Notes: generated by a model from the sequence alone, not told the origin. A stretch of 61,820 nt of DNA, filler included, from Sphacelaria rigidula (GCA_964200075.2; 10 parts of 10 records of this genome joined end to end with filler, not necessarily neighbours in it), one strand, 5' to 3'. Shown: positions 13,291-25,772, numbered from the whole stretch's first letter. Numbers and translations: made by a program.

Positions 13291-15014
13291 AATGGACTGA
13301 CTCCGTCGGAGATGTGGCGTTTGGCGTGGCAGGCTTTGTTACGCACGTCTCGAGTGGGATGTGCATCAGGGGAGCAGCGGAGATTCCTAAAATATCGCCG
13401 GGTTCCAAGTTAGCATGACCCGTAAGAGGGAGGAGTTGTTGTCTCGCCGAGACAAAATTTTCTGTGTCGGCTGGTGCGCCAATACGGGGTAACATTTCGG
13501 CAAGATGATGACCCGTAATTGATGGCATGCCATTTCGGCGGACTAGTGCAACTTCTAGAAGTTGAGGATCGTCGGAGAGTGTAATACCAACGCTACCGTT
13601 GTATCGTAAGTGGTAATCAGCTCTGGTTGCTTGAGTATTCTTCTGGTTGGCCAGGGCGCCGTGGAGTGTACCAAAGTGTTCAAGGTTGAATTCTCCACGA
13701 GGCGTGGAATGTGGCGATGGTGGTGGAAGCGTGCGGTAGATTCGTTTATTAAACCGCATATAGCTATCTCTGCCCAATAATATGGCGTGGTGTATTGTGC
13801 TGTCGGGGAAAACGTATGCCCTGACTGCCAGGCTGGCAGAACGAGTGGTGTTGTGAAAGAATTGCACACTGAGACGTACGGATTTTCGCGTCGTCAGGGG
13901 TGCGGCAGAATCACCGAAACCGCCCCATACACGAGGTTGGGTGGTGGTTTCGCAAGCTGCAGTAGCAGCACTAGTCTGTTTCATGTGTTTCCATGTTGAT
14001 TCTCGAACAAATTTTTGCGGGCTGCCGCTGTCCAACAAGGATACGCATTTCGCAGGTGTGGTAGCGTTTGGGACAGAGTGGATCGCAACGCGTGTAGTGA
14101 AAGTGGCCGGGTCCAGACACTTTACCGCTGACAAGATCCGGGCCGTGTTCCGGCAAGGTAAATTGGTCAGGATTAGCGGGGCTGACAGCGAAAACGGACG
14201 GCGGGTGATCCGCTGGGATGTCAGATTTCTCACCAGAGAATGGGGTGGACGGCATATTATTTCCAGGTGTGGCACGGTCAGAGTGACTACTAGCGATTTC
14301 GTAAATAATCGGCTGTAGTTGACAGGGATCACCGTCCAAGGGGGATCCAGCTTGTGCGGGGCTGGAGTCGTCGATTTAGGAAGTAGTGCGGTCAGAAACA
14401 TCTGATTTTGTTTTTTCCGTGATATTTGATAGAGCAATCGCATTTTGGAGAGATTGAGGTCGAGGATTTCCGCTCGAAAGAGTTGTACGTGATGATGCGC
14501 TCACGTCTTTGGGGGCATGCTTACGGGGCTTTCTCTTTCGCCGTGACAAAGGTCGGGAAACTTCCAAAACATTCTGGAATAAAACCACAACTGCATCCAG
14601 TCGGGTGGATGGGGTCAGCATCGGGGCATGACGGAGCGAAACTTGTGGGCTGCTTTCCGTAGGCAAGCTTGGCTGAGGGGTCATAGCCGAAGGTATTTTG
14701 GAGCGGTTGTTATGAGAAGCGGCCCAAGGTAGTTCCGTGCGTATTGAAAATCGCGAGGAAGGAGCTCGATCCAACTGACTGGGAACCACATGATCCGATG
14801 TGGTCAAGTTCAAATCAGCAACACTTGGGGCAGCTGAAAAAGGCTTGCACTACCTGTACGTGCGATCGCTGAGGGAATCCTTCGCCTCAGGGACTGGCGG
14901 TTGGTCCTCCCACACCTCAGACGTATACTCAGCACTAAAGGGTCAAGTTCAGGGCCGGGTGTAGGTCTGAGTCGCGGGGTGAAACAACTGTTACGCGGTG
15001 TGTGGAGGGGTGAA

Positions 15015-15235
15015 GACGGGAGTCGATATGGACGGCCGTCAGTTGCCTTCCTGCATAGTGCCGGGGGAGCCGGACGAAAAATCTTAGTCGCGGGCTCTGC
15101 GGACTGTGTTGAAAAGTGTATGGGAGTTGGAGAGGAGGGCCGATTTGATAGGCCGTCAGTTGCGCTCCTGGATAATGCCGGGGGAGTCGGGTGGGCGATC
15201 TTAGTCACGGACTCCGCGGGTTGTTCTGAAAACAT
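15015..15235 (-). repeat. Two-copy 117-bp (39-codon) tandem repeat between gag and protease
   Basis: GGCCGTCAGTTGC at 15034 and 15151. Confidence 0.8.
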
Positions 15236-16842
15236 CTTCGCTAGTGCTGTCGGCGGCGCGGAATACTTTAGAACGCCGGCATCAGTACGTCATGGATTTG
15301 TGCGATCCGTAGTGAAGGTACCAGGATTTCTGGTGTTGGAATTCGAGTTGTGTGTCGGCCTCGTTCGCTGGTGTCTATCAGCGGACCGTTTGTTGTCGTG
15401 AGAATTTGTATCGTTCGGGCGAGGGCTTGCATTATTGTTGTTTTGTCGGCGACCGCGATTAGAGCTTTTGTTGCCATGTTGGTTGGAATTATTACGGTAG
15501 TTTCGATCTGGCGGGCAATAGTCGCGCACGCCTTTTCTCCATCGACGCCACGCGAGTTCATTGTCCTGCACTTCAGGGTTTATAAGATCAAAGGCATTGA
15601 TGCACGGACTGTCGCAGTCGCGCATATTGTGGCCTTGAACACTACAGTTGATGCACCTGTTGGCATGACTGCTGAAGGCATTGCGTCTAGCAGGAGACGA
15701 GAGAAGTGGATACCATAGATGGGGATCATCTGTAATGAATGCCGTTGTTGAAGTCAAATAAACATCATCCCAAGTTTCTTCGGAGAACGGCCAACCATCG
15801 AAATTCGCACTGAATGTATCTCTGTTACTCTGAACATGCATACCTAAACCGGCGACCGAGTCGGGGGTCCATGAAGCGCGAGAGGAACTCGAAATTCTGT
15901 CGCGAAAGTCTTGGGCATTAGCAGAGGACACAACCGTAGGTTGTCAACGCGGAGGCATAGAAGTTTCGCCACGTGGGGCAGACGTTAGATTACCCTCTTG
16001 GTGTACAAAAGCAGACCACATGGCATAAACGGAGGCGTAAGACACCTCGCGATATGACAAGATACCCGCAAAAAACGACGGCATCAGAGCCGGGTACTGT
16101 TGAGCAACGCTATTGCGAGCGTAAGTCTGACACATTGCGTCGCTCGGCCCGTTTTGGCGTCCGACACCCGTAGTACCGGAGACCAAAAGCTCATATTCGC
16201 GAAGATAACCCACGAAGAGGACATCCGATGCGACAGAAAAAGAACTCAGCCTCTGGATAGCACTTGCTTGGTCACTTTTGTCAAGATAATCTATTAGACG
16301 CCTTTCCAAATCAGAGAGCAACATCGGGCCTGTCTTCCCCTTGGCACGATCCGGATCCATTTCGGCGAGGAAGCCATCGAGGATCTGTGTTGAAGAAGCA
16401 GCAATGTCGGGAGAGCGGCGGCTGATGGATCGGTACAATACTTTATGCAATGGGGTCTGCCAGCCGTCTACCCAATTGGGATCTTCAAAGCGTTGGGTGC
16501 CAGCTGCATCCACCAGGTGAAGGATGTTGCGAACTGTACGGCGAATGGATGTGATGAGGGCAGCAGTAAACTGTCCCAAATCTTCGTTATCCGCAGCAGG
16601 CATATTTTTGATATGCCAAAGCTTTTTCACGTCCATCTGAATATACTGTCTCTGTATTGCAGATACTCGGGCAGACTCGACTTGATCGGAAGCTTCTTTT
16701 TAATAGCTTCGGAACGTTCCTTGTCGGCCGCAGCGGTTGCTAAAGCGCGGGCTGCAGTAGAAGACAATGGACGGTCTGGTGTGTCCGAATCAGATAAATC
16801 CAAAATGCGATCCAAAACATCGGCCAACTTATGTATCATTTA

Positions 16843-18268
16843 GGCTACTTCTTATGTGTAAAAAAACACATTGTCAGAAAAGCCCCTTTTCAACAACACG
16901 TTTTCCAACAGAAATTTTTTAAGTAGCTCTTCTTACGTGATCGACGCTGTAATGCGTGAGAGGACCGCGTGCTTAGAAGACCGCGCCGTGGTTCAAAACA
17001 CCTCAGGATCGACGTTTTTCAAAACCAATCGACCCAGTCCCTGCAAGTACCATACCCCTGACTATAACCTGAACACTAACCCTGCCCCTAACCCTAACCA
17101 TAGGGATGTTCAAATTCCGATGCGGTCCTCTAAGCACGCGGTACTCTCACGCATTACAGACGCACTATCAGCATTGAAAATGCAGTTCTCATCGTTTTCT
17201 ATGAGGTGTGCAGGCATAGTTTCAAATTCTGGGGCGCGCGAGAGAGACGCAGCACCCTGCTGTCCTGTCGTGGTGTACGGTCCGTACTGATTGTCTGTAC
17301 TACTGCGATACATTGCCTGAGCAATACATGGTGGGCGACTGTAGAAGTGACGGTTGTGCTTTTCACTGTGCGGTAGTACTTGGCTGAAAAGACAGCACAC
17401 ACAATGGTACACACAACAGTGCTGTATTGCATGCATCGGCTGTGGCACTACAACAGTAGCACTGCTCATAGTCTTGTGTGTACTGTGAGTATGGTTCTAT
17501 AGCTACAAGGCTTGGGTGCGTAGGCAGCCTGTAGTGCAAAGCGACGTCTGTTCGCAACACGCTGCATGCACAGATCTCAACCAGGCTGCAAGTCAGCTGC
17601 ACTGCAGTACTCGGTTGTACGGGCAGCACAGACAACAGTGCAGACACCACTGTTGTGTTGTATGCATTCGATGTATCACAGTAGTAGTAGCAGTACCCAT
17701 CTCATAGTCTTGTGTATACTGTTAGTCCGGTCCTGTCTCTACAAGGCTTGGGTGCGTGGGCAGTCTGTGAAGCATTGCGACGGCTGTTCGCAACACGCTG
17801 CGTGCACAGACATGTACTGAGCTACAATATTGTACGGATGACATAAAGCATAGACTGTCCTGTCTGTACAGTAGTCGTCATCGATCTTGCCCTCTGCTGT
17901 TCTCATGGGGTAAAGGGCCACCACGCTACTGGCGAGCGAAGGACAATGATGCAACACGCTGAATGCTCGCGAGCACCAGCAATAGCAGTAGTACTGATGG
18001 CAGCCAAGCCATCACAGGTGCTATCGTGGGCTGTAATGTGTGTTCAAACGTGTTCAAACGAGATTCAAACGCTTTTTCGATAACGTTTTTCGATAGCCCG
18101 AGGTTATCGGAAAATCCTAATTTTGTTATAACTTTGGGCTATCGGGAAATGTTGTCAGAAACATTCTATCACAAAACGCGTTTTCCGATGACTTAGTAAG
18201 TGGGGGTTTGGTCATTTATCAGAAAACGCGTTTTTCTATATTGTTTTTTTTATACGTAAGAAGTAGCC
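16843..18268. mobile_element. Non-autonomous PIF/Harbinger-like DNA transposon (1426 bp)
   Basis: TIRs GGCTACTTCTTATGTGTAAAAAAAAC and GTTTTTTTTATACGTAAGAAGTAGCC; 3-bp TSD TTA at 16840-16842 and 18269-18271; internal ~235-bp-period direct repeats at 17466 and 17701; no transposase ORF. Confidence 0.85.
16948..17158. mobile_element. MITE family B, opposite orientation, nested in the Harbinger-like element
   Basis: TGTAATGCG...CGCATTACA with a perfect 5-bp TSD GACGC (16943-16947 and 17159-17163); internal CCCTAA repeats. Confidence 0.92.
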
Positions 18269-18385
18269 TTAACAGGGGGTTCTATAAATATGAGGCTGAT
18301 CAATGAAATGAGGTTCGAGGAGGCTAGCCAGTATGCCACAAAAACCCGAGGGAAGTACCGTCCGCACGTGCCTTCGATCATTTTC

Positions 18386-18476
18386 GGGGGGGGGGGACGT
18401 ACTCATTTGTTGCTTGCCTTAGTAGGGTGAAAAGTGACCCTTCGGGGAGGGGCGTGGTCCATGGTCAAACCACTAA
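18386..18476 (-). mobile_element. LINE 3' end (family D1) with an oligo(C) tail
   Basis: G11-ACGTACTCATTTGTTGCTTGCCTTAGT is the reverse complement of 37020-37052. Confidence 0.75.
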
Positions 18477-18628
18477 NNNNNNNNNNNNNNNNNNNNNNNN
18501 NNNNNNNNNNNNNNNNNNNNTTAATTAATTAANNNNNNNNNNNNNNNNNNNNNNNNNNNNNNNNNNNNNNNNNNNNTGTGGCGTTGCGCAAGCATGCGCC
18601 GTCCGGTGGAGCTGCTTGCCCTGTGACA

Positions 18629-18920
18629 GCCGAGAAACATGTGTCTGCCCGAGGGGACAGGCACGACAGTGCACCCGCCGAACGTGCAGTAGGTGCTGCG
18701 CGTTTGAAACCACGTTACAGGGCAAATGCTTACACTGTGAAAGCCGAGAAGCATGTGTCTGCCCGAGGGGATAGGCACGAAAGTGCACCCGCCGAACGTG
18801 CAGTCGGTAGGGCGCGTCTTTAACCACGATACAGGGCAGCTGTTTCCACTGTGCAGAGCGGGAAGGAGACACAGCATGTGTCTATCAAAGCGGGGAGGCA
18901 TGAGTACGCGCCCGCCGAAG
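18629..18920 (+). repeat. About 2.5 copies of a 114-bp (38-codon) tandem repeat
   Basis: GCCGAGAA(A/G)CATGTGTCTGCCCGAGGGG at 18629 and 18743; a third degenerate copy starts near 18870. Confidence 0.85.
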
Positions 18921-19963
18921 ATGGAATAATTGCTTTGGATATTGCTGGTATTTCTGCTGGAGAGGGCGAATATGTCACGCCGCTCGAGCAGACTGCAGGC
19001 CGCTCAGCTGCCGCTGTTGCAGTTCAGGAGTGCGCTGAGAAAGAGGTGGCGGCTGTAGCGAGTATGGGTGATACTGCTGCTGCTGTCGGCGATAGTGAGA
19101 GGGCGGGGCCTACATGGGCCAATGAGCAAGTACTGGTGGGCGGAGGTCCCAGTTGCTTGTTGCCGCCGGACCAGCGCGAAGCTCGAAATGCTCCTTGCAT
19201 ACTCGAAGCTGCAGGGGGGTGTTATTCGCGTGTTGCGAACGAGGAGGGTGAGCAAGGAGCTTGTCGTGCTCATGATGAATCTATCTGCGCCAGTGACATG
19301 GCGGGAGATCGTTCGGATGATTCACAGGGGTGTCTGCTTGAAGGACAGGTAGGTGCCGGGTTGGTGGAATTGCCGCCGGAGCAGCGCGTAGCTGTGGACA
19401 CGCCTTGCATTATCGAAACAACATGGGCGTGTGACCCGGGTCAAGTGGGTGCGCAGAGCAAGTTGGAAGCTCGTGATGCTGTTAGCGATCACTATTCTGA
19501 CGGCGACGACAAGCGTCGCGTGGTGTTGGGGTGGTCGTGTGCATTGCTGTTTACATGGACAGCTTTGGCGTGTTTGGCGGCGATGGCGGAGGTGTCTCCA
19601 CCGTTTCGCCGCGGGGTGTTTGAGGAGGATAGTGTGCCATCAGGAGGTGTTGCTGTTTGGGACTGTGTAGCTGTTCCCGTTTCGCCTCTGGTTCCCTCTG
19701 TAAAACTGACTGAAGCACAGGTGTTCAGTACTGCCCAAGTATCTGTGGAGGCAGATGATCTGTCGCATTGGTTTGGCGGTGCGAATATACCGTTTAGAGG
19801 CGTGTTGAGCTACACCATGGGGGTGCCAGGTGTAGCTAGACCGAAGGTGCAAGGTGGGAGTGTCCGGGAGGAAAGACTGCTCTACGCTGTGCACGGGGTT
19901 GTGGTTCAAGTGCTGCTGTTTCTCAGGAGCGGGCTGAAGGACTACAAAGAAGGCATTACCTGA
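18851..19963 (+). CDS. 370-aa Ala/Glu/Val-rich ORF of unknown function, probably TE-derived
   Basis: Long open frame continuing the 38-aa repeat; one hydrophobic segment (VVLGWSCALLFTWTALACLAAMA); no recognisable domain. Confidence 0.3.
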   Translation: MQSGKETQHVSIKAGRHEYAPAEDGIIALDIAGISAGEGEYVTPLEQTAGRSAAAVAVQECAEKEVAAVASMGDTAAAVGDSERAGPTWANEQVLVGGGPSCLLPPDQREARNAPCILEAAGGCYSRVANEEGEQGACRAHDESICASDMAGDRSDDSQGCLLEGQVGAGLVELPPEQRVAVDTPCIIETTWACDPGQVGAQSKLEARDAVSDHYSDGDDKRRVVLGWSCALLFTWTALACLAAMAEVSPPFRRGVFEEDSVPSGGVAVWDCVAVPVSPLVPSVKLTEAQVFSTAQVSVEADDLSHWFGGANIPFRGVLSYTMGVPGVARPKVQGGSVREERLLYAVHGVVVQVLLFLRSGLKDYKEGIT

Positions 19964-21919
19964 GGTGTGTGCTGCTGTGGTGAGCGCCGATTGGGGTACT
20001 GATGTTGAGCAAGTGCTGTGGTGATTGAGTGCTTGTTGAGAATGAGGAAACAAATTATGACTGGTATTCGCGAATCGTTTTGAGAATAATTCCAGCTTGT
20101 TATTGTGTGGTTTGTGGTCATGCTTGCGCATGAAACATGGTTGTTGAGCGAGTGTGATCGTATCGCGTGTGCAGGGTAAAACTCTGGCGTACACGTGGGT
20201 ATTTGGCATGTGTGTGTTGCACTGATCTGGTTGGCACGGATGATGCATGGTGTTTGCTGCGAGGAAGGTGGCATTGCATATGCCGAGTGAAATATTGGCA
20301 TGCTTGTGCGGATTTTCATATGCTGAGAGGAATTCTGGCAGGCATGTGCGAGATTTTTCTCGAATGGTACTGATATGAATGGTATCTGGTGACGACCTAG
20401 GGTCGGGCAATTTTCAATATACTGCTGTATGCTAAATGAAGTGAAGCTCGTATAATTTTGTTCGCGCCGGAACACAGTCGAATCATATTTGTGCGGTTTA
20501 CACGTACTGAGTGCAGGATATATGGATTGCTGCTGTTAGCGTGAAAATGAGCTGAAAGATACGAAATGCGTAGGTTCGTCGTTTGTGAGCAGGTATGACG
20601 CGAGTCCTTCCGGTGGTTGAAGATAAAGACATTCTGCGCGCATGCATCAAGGATCTTTGACCGTGGCATGTTTTTGTATGGATTGTCACGTGTTTGAAAT
20701 AGTACGTGGTTGGTTTTTCGTTCGTGTCAGAAGGAGCATGTGGATGATGCGTCCATTTGTTTGAAGAACTGGTGCAGGTGGACTGCAAGAGTGTCGAGGG
20801 AATCATTATTTCTACACTTTGGCTGATGCACGGATGGGATATGGCGGTCCAATATCCAAACGAAATATAGAAATGTCTGGCATTTCTCGAAAACAAGAGT
20901 TTGAGAACGATAGTACCACGGGTGGTGAATGATGGCGGAGGTCGAGGTCCGTTCGCCGTCGTTGGATTTGTATGCATGACTTGAAAAGCGGTTTGAGCAA
21001 TGGCTTTTCTTCGATTGTCTTTATGAAATGAAGGCAAGTTGAAGCATTGGAGCTTTGACGGCGGGGAGGCATGCGATGCATACGTCTTTTACGGTGTTGC
21101 AGAAGCAAGAGGTCAGGTGCGTTTTAGACGTGTTGGGTGCATTATTTCCTTCTCGCGTGAGGATGATGTATCATTTGGTTAGTGCACTCCGTTGCGCAGG
21201 TGTCGAACGTACAAAGAGTGCATGTTGTATGTTGAGCAGAACCTTTTCTCGGATGAGAGAGGCGATGAGTCACGAATGCTCTGGAATTTGACGTTTGCTG
21301 ACATTTCCGGTTTTGTGCCGATGAAGAGGCAAGAGACTTGTTTTGGGCGAAGATTTGAGACCTTGCCGCTAGCTATCGCTTGGTAACTCGAAGTGGTGCA
21401 AGTAGCGTGATTGCATGTTCATGATGGACGATATTTTCTTGGAATTTCTTGCGAGTTGTTCGAAAGTGGGGCAAGCTTGTATAAAGCTGTTGTCGAAAGC
21501 AGCGGAAGAGATTGCTATTTTCTGCGGAAAACGACGGTACTATCAGGCACCAATGATGTCTGAGTTTGTCAAGCTCTGATGTAACTACTCGTTGGTAGTA
21601 GAGAGCTTTGGGGGTGCTGTAGACCTAGCCACCATTATTAACTAAGGCCAGGGACATTGTAGGTGAAGTTGCGGGTCTGATTGCCGGACTCTGTGATGGT
21701 GACCTCCATGGCGAGTAGGCTTGGTTTTGCCACTCTGGTGGAGAGAGGCTATATGGTCCTGTTCTCCTGTACTATGCTGAGGGTTAATACGTAAATAACT
21801 AAAGCTGCTGAAGTCCATGTGCCCGTGATGAGTGAGTCGCCGTTGACATGTCGGATATTTTTCCCGTTCATCTGCACTGTTCTAACGTCGTTTTTGTTTC
21901 CTTCTCTTGTGACTCTCCT

Positions 21920-22310
21920 TGATCTCCGAATTTTGACCCCGGGCTACTGCTCAACCCTTGAGCGCTTCGCTAGGGCGCTCGAACAGTCTGTTGAACAATC
22001 ACATCCGTTTCCGTTACCTGGTATTTTTTGGATTTCGACTCCGGATGTGAGCGCTTTGCTACCCCGTTGTCATGACGGTATATTTCGAGGAGGTGTCTAC
22101 TTTGTGTTGTTTCGTCAGCTCGATAGCTTAGGTCAACTGTTGAGTTGTAGCTTTTGAGTCTCGTTAATCTCCGAATTTTGATCTCAGGTTGCTGCTCAAC
22201 CTTTGAGCGTTTTGCTAACACTCTCGAACAGTCTGTTAAACAGTTACATCCATTTCCGTTACCCGTTTTTTTTAAATCATTATTTCGACTCTGGAGCGCT
22301 TTGCTAACCT
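21920..22310. repeat. Two ~140-bp direct repeats (period ~245 bp) downstream of the integrase
   Basis: ATCTCCGAATTTTGA...GCTCAACC.TTGAGCG...CTCGAACAGTCTGTT near 21922 and 22167. Confidence 0.75.
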
Positions 22311-23500
22311 TTTGTCAAAGTCCGGTTCCGGCGCTGTTTCTCGCGGTTGATATTTCTTCAAATGAGCGAGATGTACTGACATTTCTCTAGAGTCGTCACC
22401 TATTTTGATTATGTACACAACCGGCGATCGTCTCTCGGTTACCATGAAAGGCCCTCTCCATGTAGATTGGAGTTTCGGGCTCGGCCTTCCTGAGTCCTGT
22501 TGTGGTTGGTACAAGAGTACCTTTTGGTCGGGTTTGAACACCGTGAAAGATTTGAATCATCTTGTTTTCTTGCGGGTTGGCTCTTCTCGTAGGGCTTGTC
22601 TCGCGGTTTCAAATTCAAACTGTAGGCTTTCCCGTGTTTCTTCGGAAAATTCTTCGGGTGTTGCCACTTGGCCCGTTTCAGGTATGCCGAGAATAATGTC
22701 AGCTGGCGATCTGGACTGTCTTCCGAACAACAAAAAAGACGGTGTATCTTGTACTGTATTATGATAAGAAGTGTTGTACGCCATTTGGACGAATGGAAGC
22801 ATGGGTGCCCAGTTTTTGTTCTCGACTGACATATGCATAGCTAACATCACGCGATTGTGGAGTGGGCTCGTTCCGACACTGAATTGCCTTGCGGGCGTAG
22901 CAGTGTCGTGCGAATTTTATTGAAACCTAACTCCTGTTACAGTGCGTATGTTAGTTGATTCTCAAATTCCGCTTTTCAACTCGAACGCAGCTTTCCCGGG
23001 ATGCCAAATGCAGTAGAGACTTTGTCAATTATCGCTTTGGCTACATTGATGTGGTCTGTTTTTTCGGCACTGGAGTGAGCAATGCATACCTTGTGAGGTG
23101 ATCCAATACGGACAGTACATCTTTAGTACTCCAGCTTTTGACATCGGAGTTGTTTTTCATTCGACTGGGTTTGCTGGCGCTCTTTTGTATAGCCGTCTTA
23201 CCGTAACGTGTCCCATCGGCAAGTTTTGGCCGTTGGTGGACCGTTTTCTCGGCGTTGGTAATGTTGGCATAGTGTGCGCATTCCGTCTTCGTATTCATGT
23301 ATTTTTTCAATTTTTTCCGCGGTTGACTGACCGTTCTTGGTCACTTCGCACTAGATTCAAACGGTGGAGCTTCTCAGCTGATATTTGACGGCGATATGGG
23401 GTTCGGCTATTTGCAACGCATGGTCTTTTGGCACGCTACCACCTAGCTGTAGTAGAGCAAACAATCGTGAGAGAATGTGCGAAATAACATGAAGTTCCTC
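22272..23500 (-). pseudogene. Degenerate Gypsy-type integrase with GPY/F module
   Basis: VLSVLDHLTRYALLTPV; NWAPMLPFVQMAYNTSYHNTVQDTPSFLLFGR; PKLQSTWRGPFMV...VHLAHLKKY; many frameshifts. Confidence 0.85.
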
Positions 23501-24588
23501 CGGTTTTTGTCTCTTATCATTCTCATGAAGTTTTACCAGGGTTTACATATCGGCCCAACGGGTTGGCAATTTTGTACTATTTCCGTTTTATCCGTCGACT
23601 ACGTGCATGCTATTCTTGAAGCAATGATGCGCGTGAATGCTTGAGGTACATCATGCGATCAAGTGTCTTCCTCGGTTATTATGCGCGGCTCCACGCCAGC
23701 TGCTGATGTTGTTCACGGGGTGTTTCCCCTTCCAACTAGTACTGTCATTTTACTTTGTGGTGGCACACTGCATTTGTTGTGAGGAACTCGAACAGGGTTA
23801 GACCCTTTCACACCTACTGTAAAACAGTATGTTGTCTCGGTGTTATGTATTTTATGAGCCCTGTTCTTTTCGATGCGGTGCTTTGAGTTATGTATAACAT
23901 GACGGAATGTTCGTTCTTCCGTCTGCCAGTCGAGTATAGAGTATAGTTTTGAAAGCACTCACCATGGAGTTGTCTAGTAGACGACAACTCGGTCCCAGAT
24001 GAGGTAATACAAACGCTTCTGTGGGCAGGGTTTTCATCCCCAACGTAAGCTCGAAATGAATGAACCCCAGGATTTTTCTATGGGTGAGCCGGTTGTGCTT
24101 CTGAGACCCATAGATCCCGGCGGTACTGGCTTTGTATCATCGGTAGCCATGGTGGCCTGTTGGTCATCTACGAACTTCTGCTGTTATACGGTACATCTGC
24201 TGCGGAATCGATTGTGTTTTTTTCCAGCGAGGGTACCGTTTACTCTGGCTGCGACTCTAACGCGGGCTGGTGCACAGGATAACTCTCTGGGCGCATCTGT
24301 ATACCTGGCGGGTGATGATGCGTTGTTACGAGTCATAACAGTGATCGTCTAAGATCGGGTTGCAAAGGGGAGACTAGTGTTTCGATTTGAAATCAACAGC
24401 CCCTGCTTACAACGGGATGTAACGTTACCGATCCCTTGGGGTACGGCGCAGAATGTAACATACTTGAGAGCTTCAACAAGTTCAACTCCATTGTTTTATG
24501 ATGGTCATTCGTGTGGTGTATTGTTTTTTCCACAGCTGCTCTGAAGGCTGCTCAGGGGCCAACTCTTATCGTGCTCTCTCCAGCTTCT

Positions 24589-24668
24589 GAGTCATCCTAT
24601 GATAGGGGGGGGGGGTATTTGGTTGCACGAAAGAAGAGGCTCATAAGTGTGTTAGACATCCTTCAACA
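24589..24668. mobile_element. Family A MITE start, truncated by the contig end
   Basis: GAGTCATCCTATGATAGGGG...; matches 43682-43760. Confidence 0.85.
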
Positions 24669-24768
24669 NNNNNNNNNNNNNNNNNNNNNNNNNNNNNNNN
24701 NNNNNNNNNNNNTTAATTAATTAANNNNNNNNNNNNNNNNNNNNNNNNNNNNNNNNNNNNNNNNNNNN

Positions 24769-24846
24769 GAGTAGGAACGGTGCTCCGTCTCGAAAGGGAT
24801 GCGTGGTCAATGGTGAGACGACTAAGGCAAGAGAACGCCCCCCCCC
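24769..24846 (+). mobile_element. LINE 3' end (family D1) in the intron upstream of the M23 exon
   Basis: Encodes SRNGAPSRKGCVVNGETTKA, followed by C9; matches the reverse complement of 52238-52330. Confidence 0.75.
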
Positions 24847-24938
24847 GCCTTACTGGCTTTGTGGCGTTGTCGTACCTTCTTTCAAGGGGTAAAGTTAGCA
24901 TGACCTCACGCCTGCCATTGCCCTCGAAACTTCAACAG

Positions 24939-25346
24939 GTGACCGTCCTGCAAGACGACGGCCTTCTCGCAGAGTACGTGCACGTTCTCGCCAACTCGGT
25001 TCTTGTAGGGATCGGGGATCGGGTTGAAGCCGGCCAGCCTCTTTGCGCCTCCGGAGACGCGGGCTTTTGCCCCAGCCCCCACTTACATCTCCAACTGCAA
25101 GAAGAAGTGGGGGACAGCGCTCCGACCGTGCGATTCGCTTTGCTTGACGGAGAGGGCAGACCGTATTTCCCGGTGGCGGGAAAATGGTATGGACCGCAAG
25201 GAGAGCTTTTGCTGTCTCAAACTTTGATGGAAAGCTCGGGGCAAGAGGTCGGGTTGGATAGGGGCGACACATGTTGCACTTGTTCTGTGGGAAATGGACG
25301 AAGTGGGAGCAAGAACGATTGTTCGGATGGAGGTGCTCCAGGTTGA
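24939..25346 (+). CDS. Last exon of a peptidase M23 (LytM-like) domain protein; 5' part lies outside the contig
   Basis: Acceptor TTCAACAG|GTG at 24938/24939; AEYVHV...VGIGDRVEAGQPLCASGDAGFCPSPHLHLQL matches the M23 pattern YxH...VxxGdxVxxGqxIgxxGxTG...PHLHF; TGA at 25344-25346. Confidence 0.85.
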   Translation: MTVLQDDGLLAEYVHVLANSVLVGIGDRVEAGQPLCASGDAGFCPSPHLHLQLQEEVGDSAPTVRFALLDGEGRPYFPVAGKWYGPQGELLLSQTLMESSGQEVGLDRGDTCCTCSVGNGRSGSKNDCSDGGAPG

Positions 25347-25772
25347 TCGCATGACTTGTCATGGCCTTCATGTGTTCGGTTCAGACCTCCCTGTTCTTCG
25401 TGCTTGATGACGATAGTTCTGAGATGACCATTCATAGTCTTTTGTGGTTTGTAAGTAGCACGTGAGTGGCGTGGTGGGTATCTCAGACCATGACAATGGC
25501 GTCGTAGCGATAGCCCGCAGGTTCTCGAGTGCAACAGGAATCAATAGTTTGTGGATATAGTACTACAGAAATTCGTGTTGAAGCCAATAGCGTCAATACG
25601 GCTTGCACTCATACCTCGAGAGTGCACGATTTGGGAGGGAGTTGCGTTGTGTTCAATAACTCAGACGGAGAGACACGAGCAACGACAAAAGACGAAATTA
25701 TGCCATAGGAGCTATGCTCTACTGCCAGAGTTTAACACAGCAAGCACTGGCCATCTCAACCGGACGAATGCC

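Larger units (their letters stand above)
12438..16839 (-). mobile_element. Decayed Ty3/Gypsy LTR retrotransposon: gag, aspartic protease and RT
   Basis: CCHC knuckle CINCSVQGHNMRDC (ORF 15290-15931); protease LLDSGS (ORF 12992-14443); RT motifs SSPWASP, DLASGFFQ and YLDD (ORF 12421-13290); split by frameshifts and stops. Confidence 0.93.

Noticed and set aside
18629..18920. Repeats as a CRISPR array; also 15015-15235 and 17466-17810
   Set aside because: Long tandem units without unique spacers, no cas genes, and a eukaryotic context.
24780..24938. N-terminus of the 188-aa ORF as part of the M23 protein
   Set aside because: It is a LINE tail plus intron sequence upstream of the splice acceptor.
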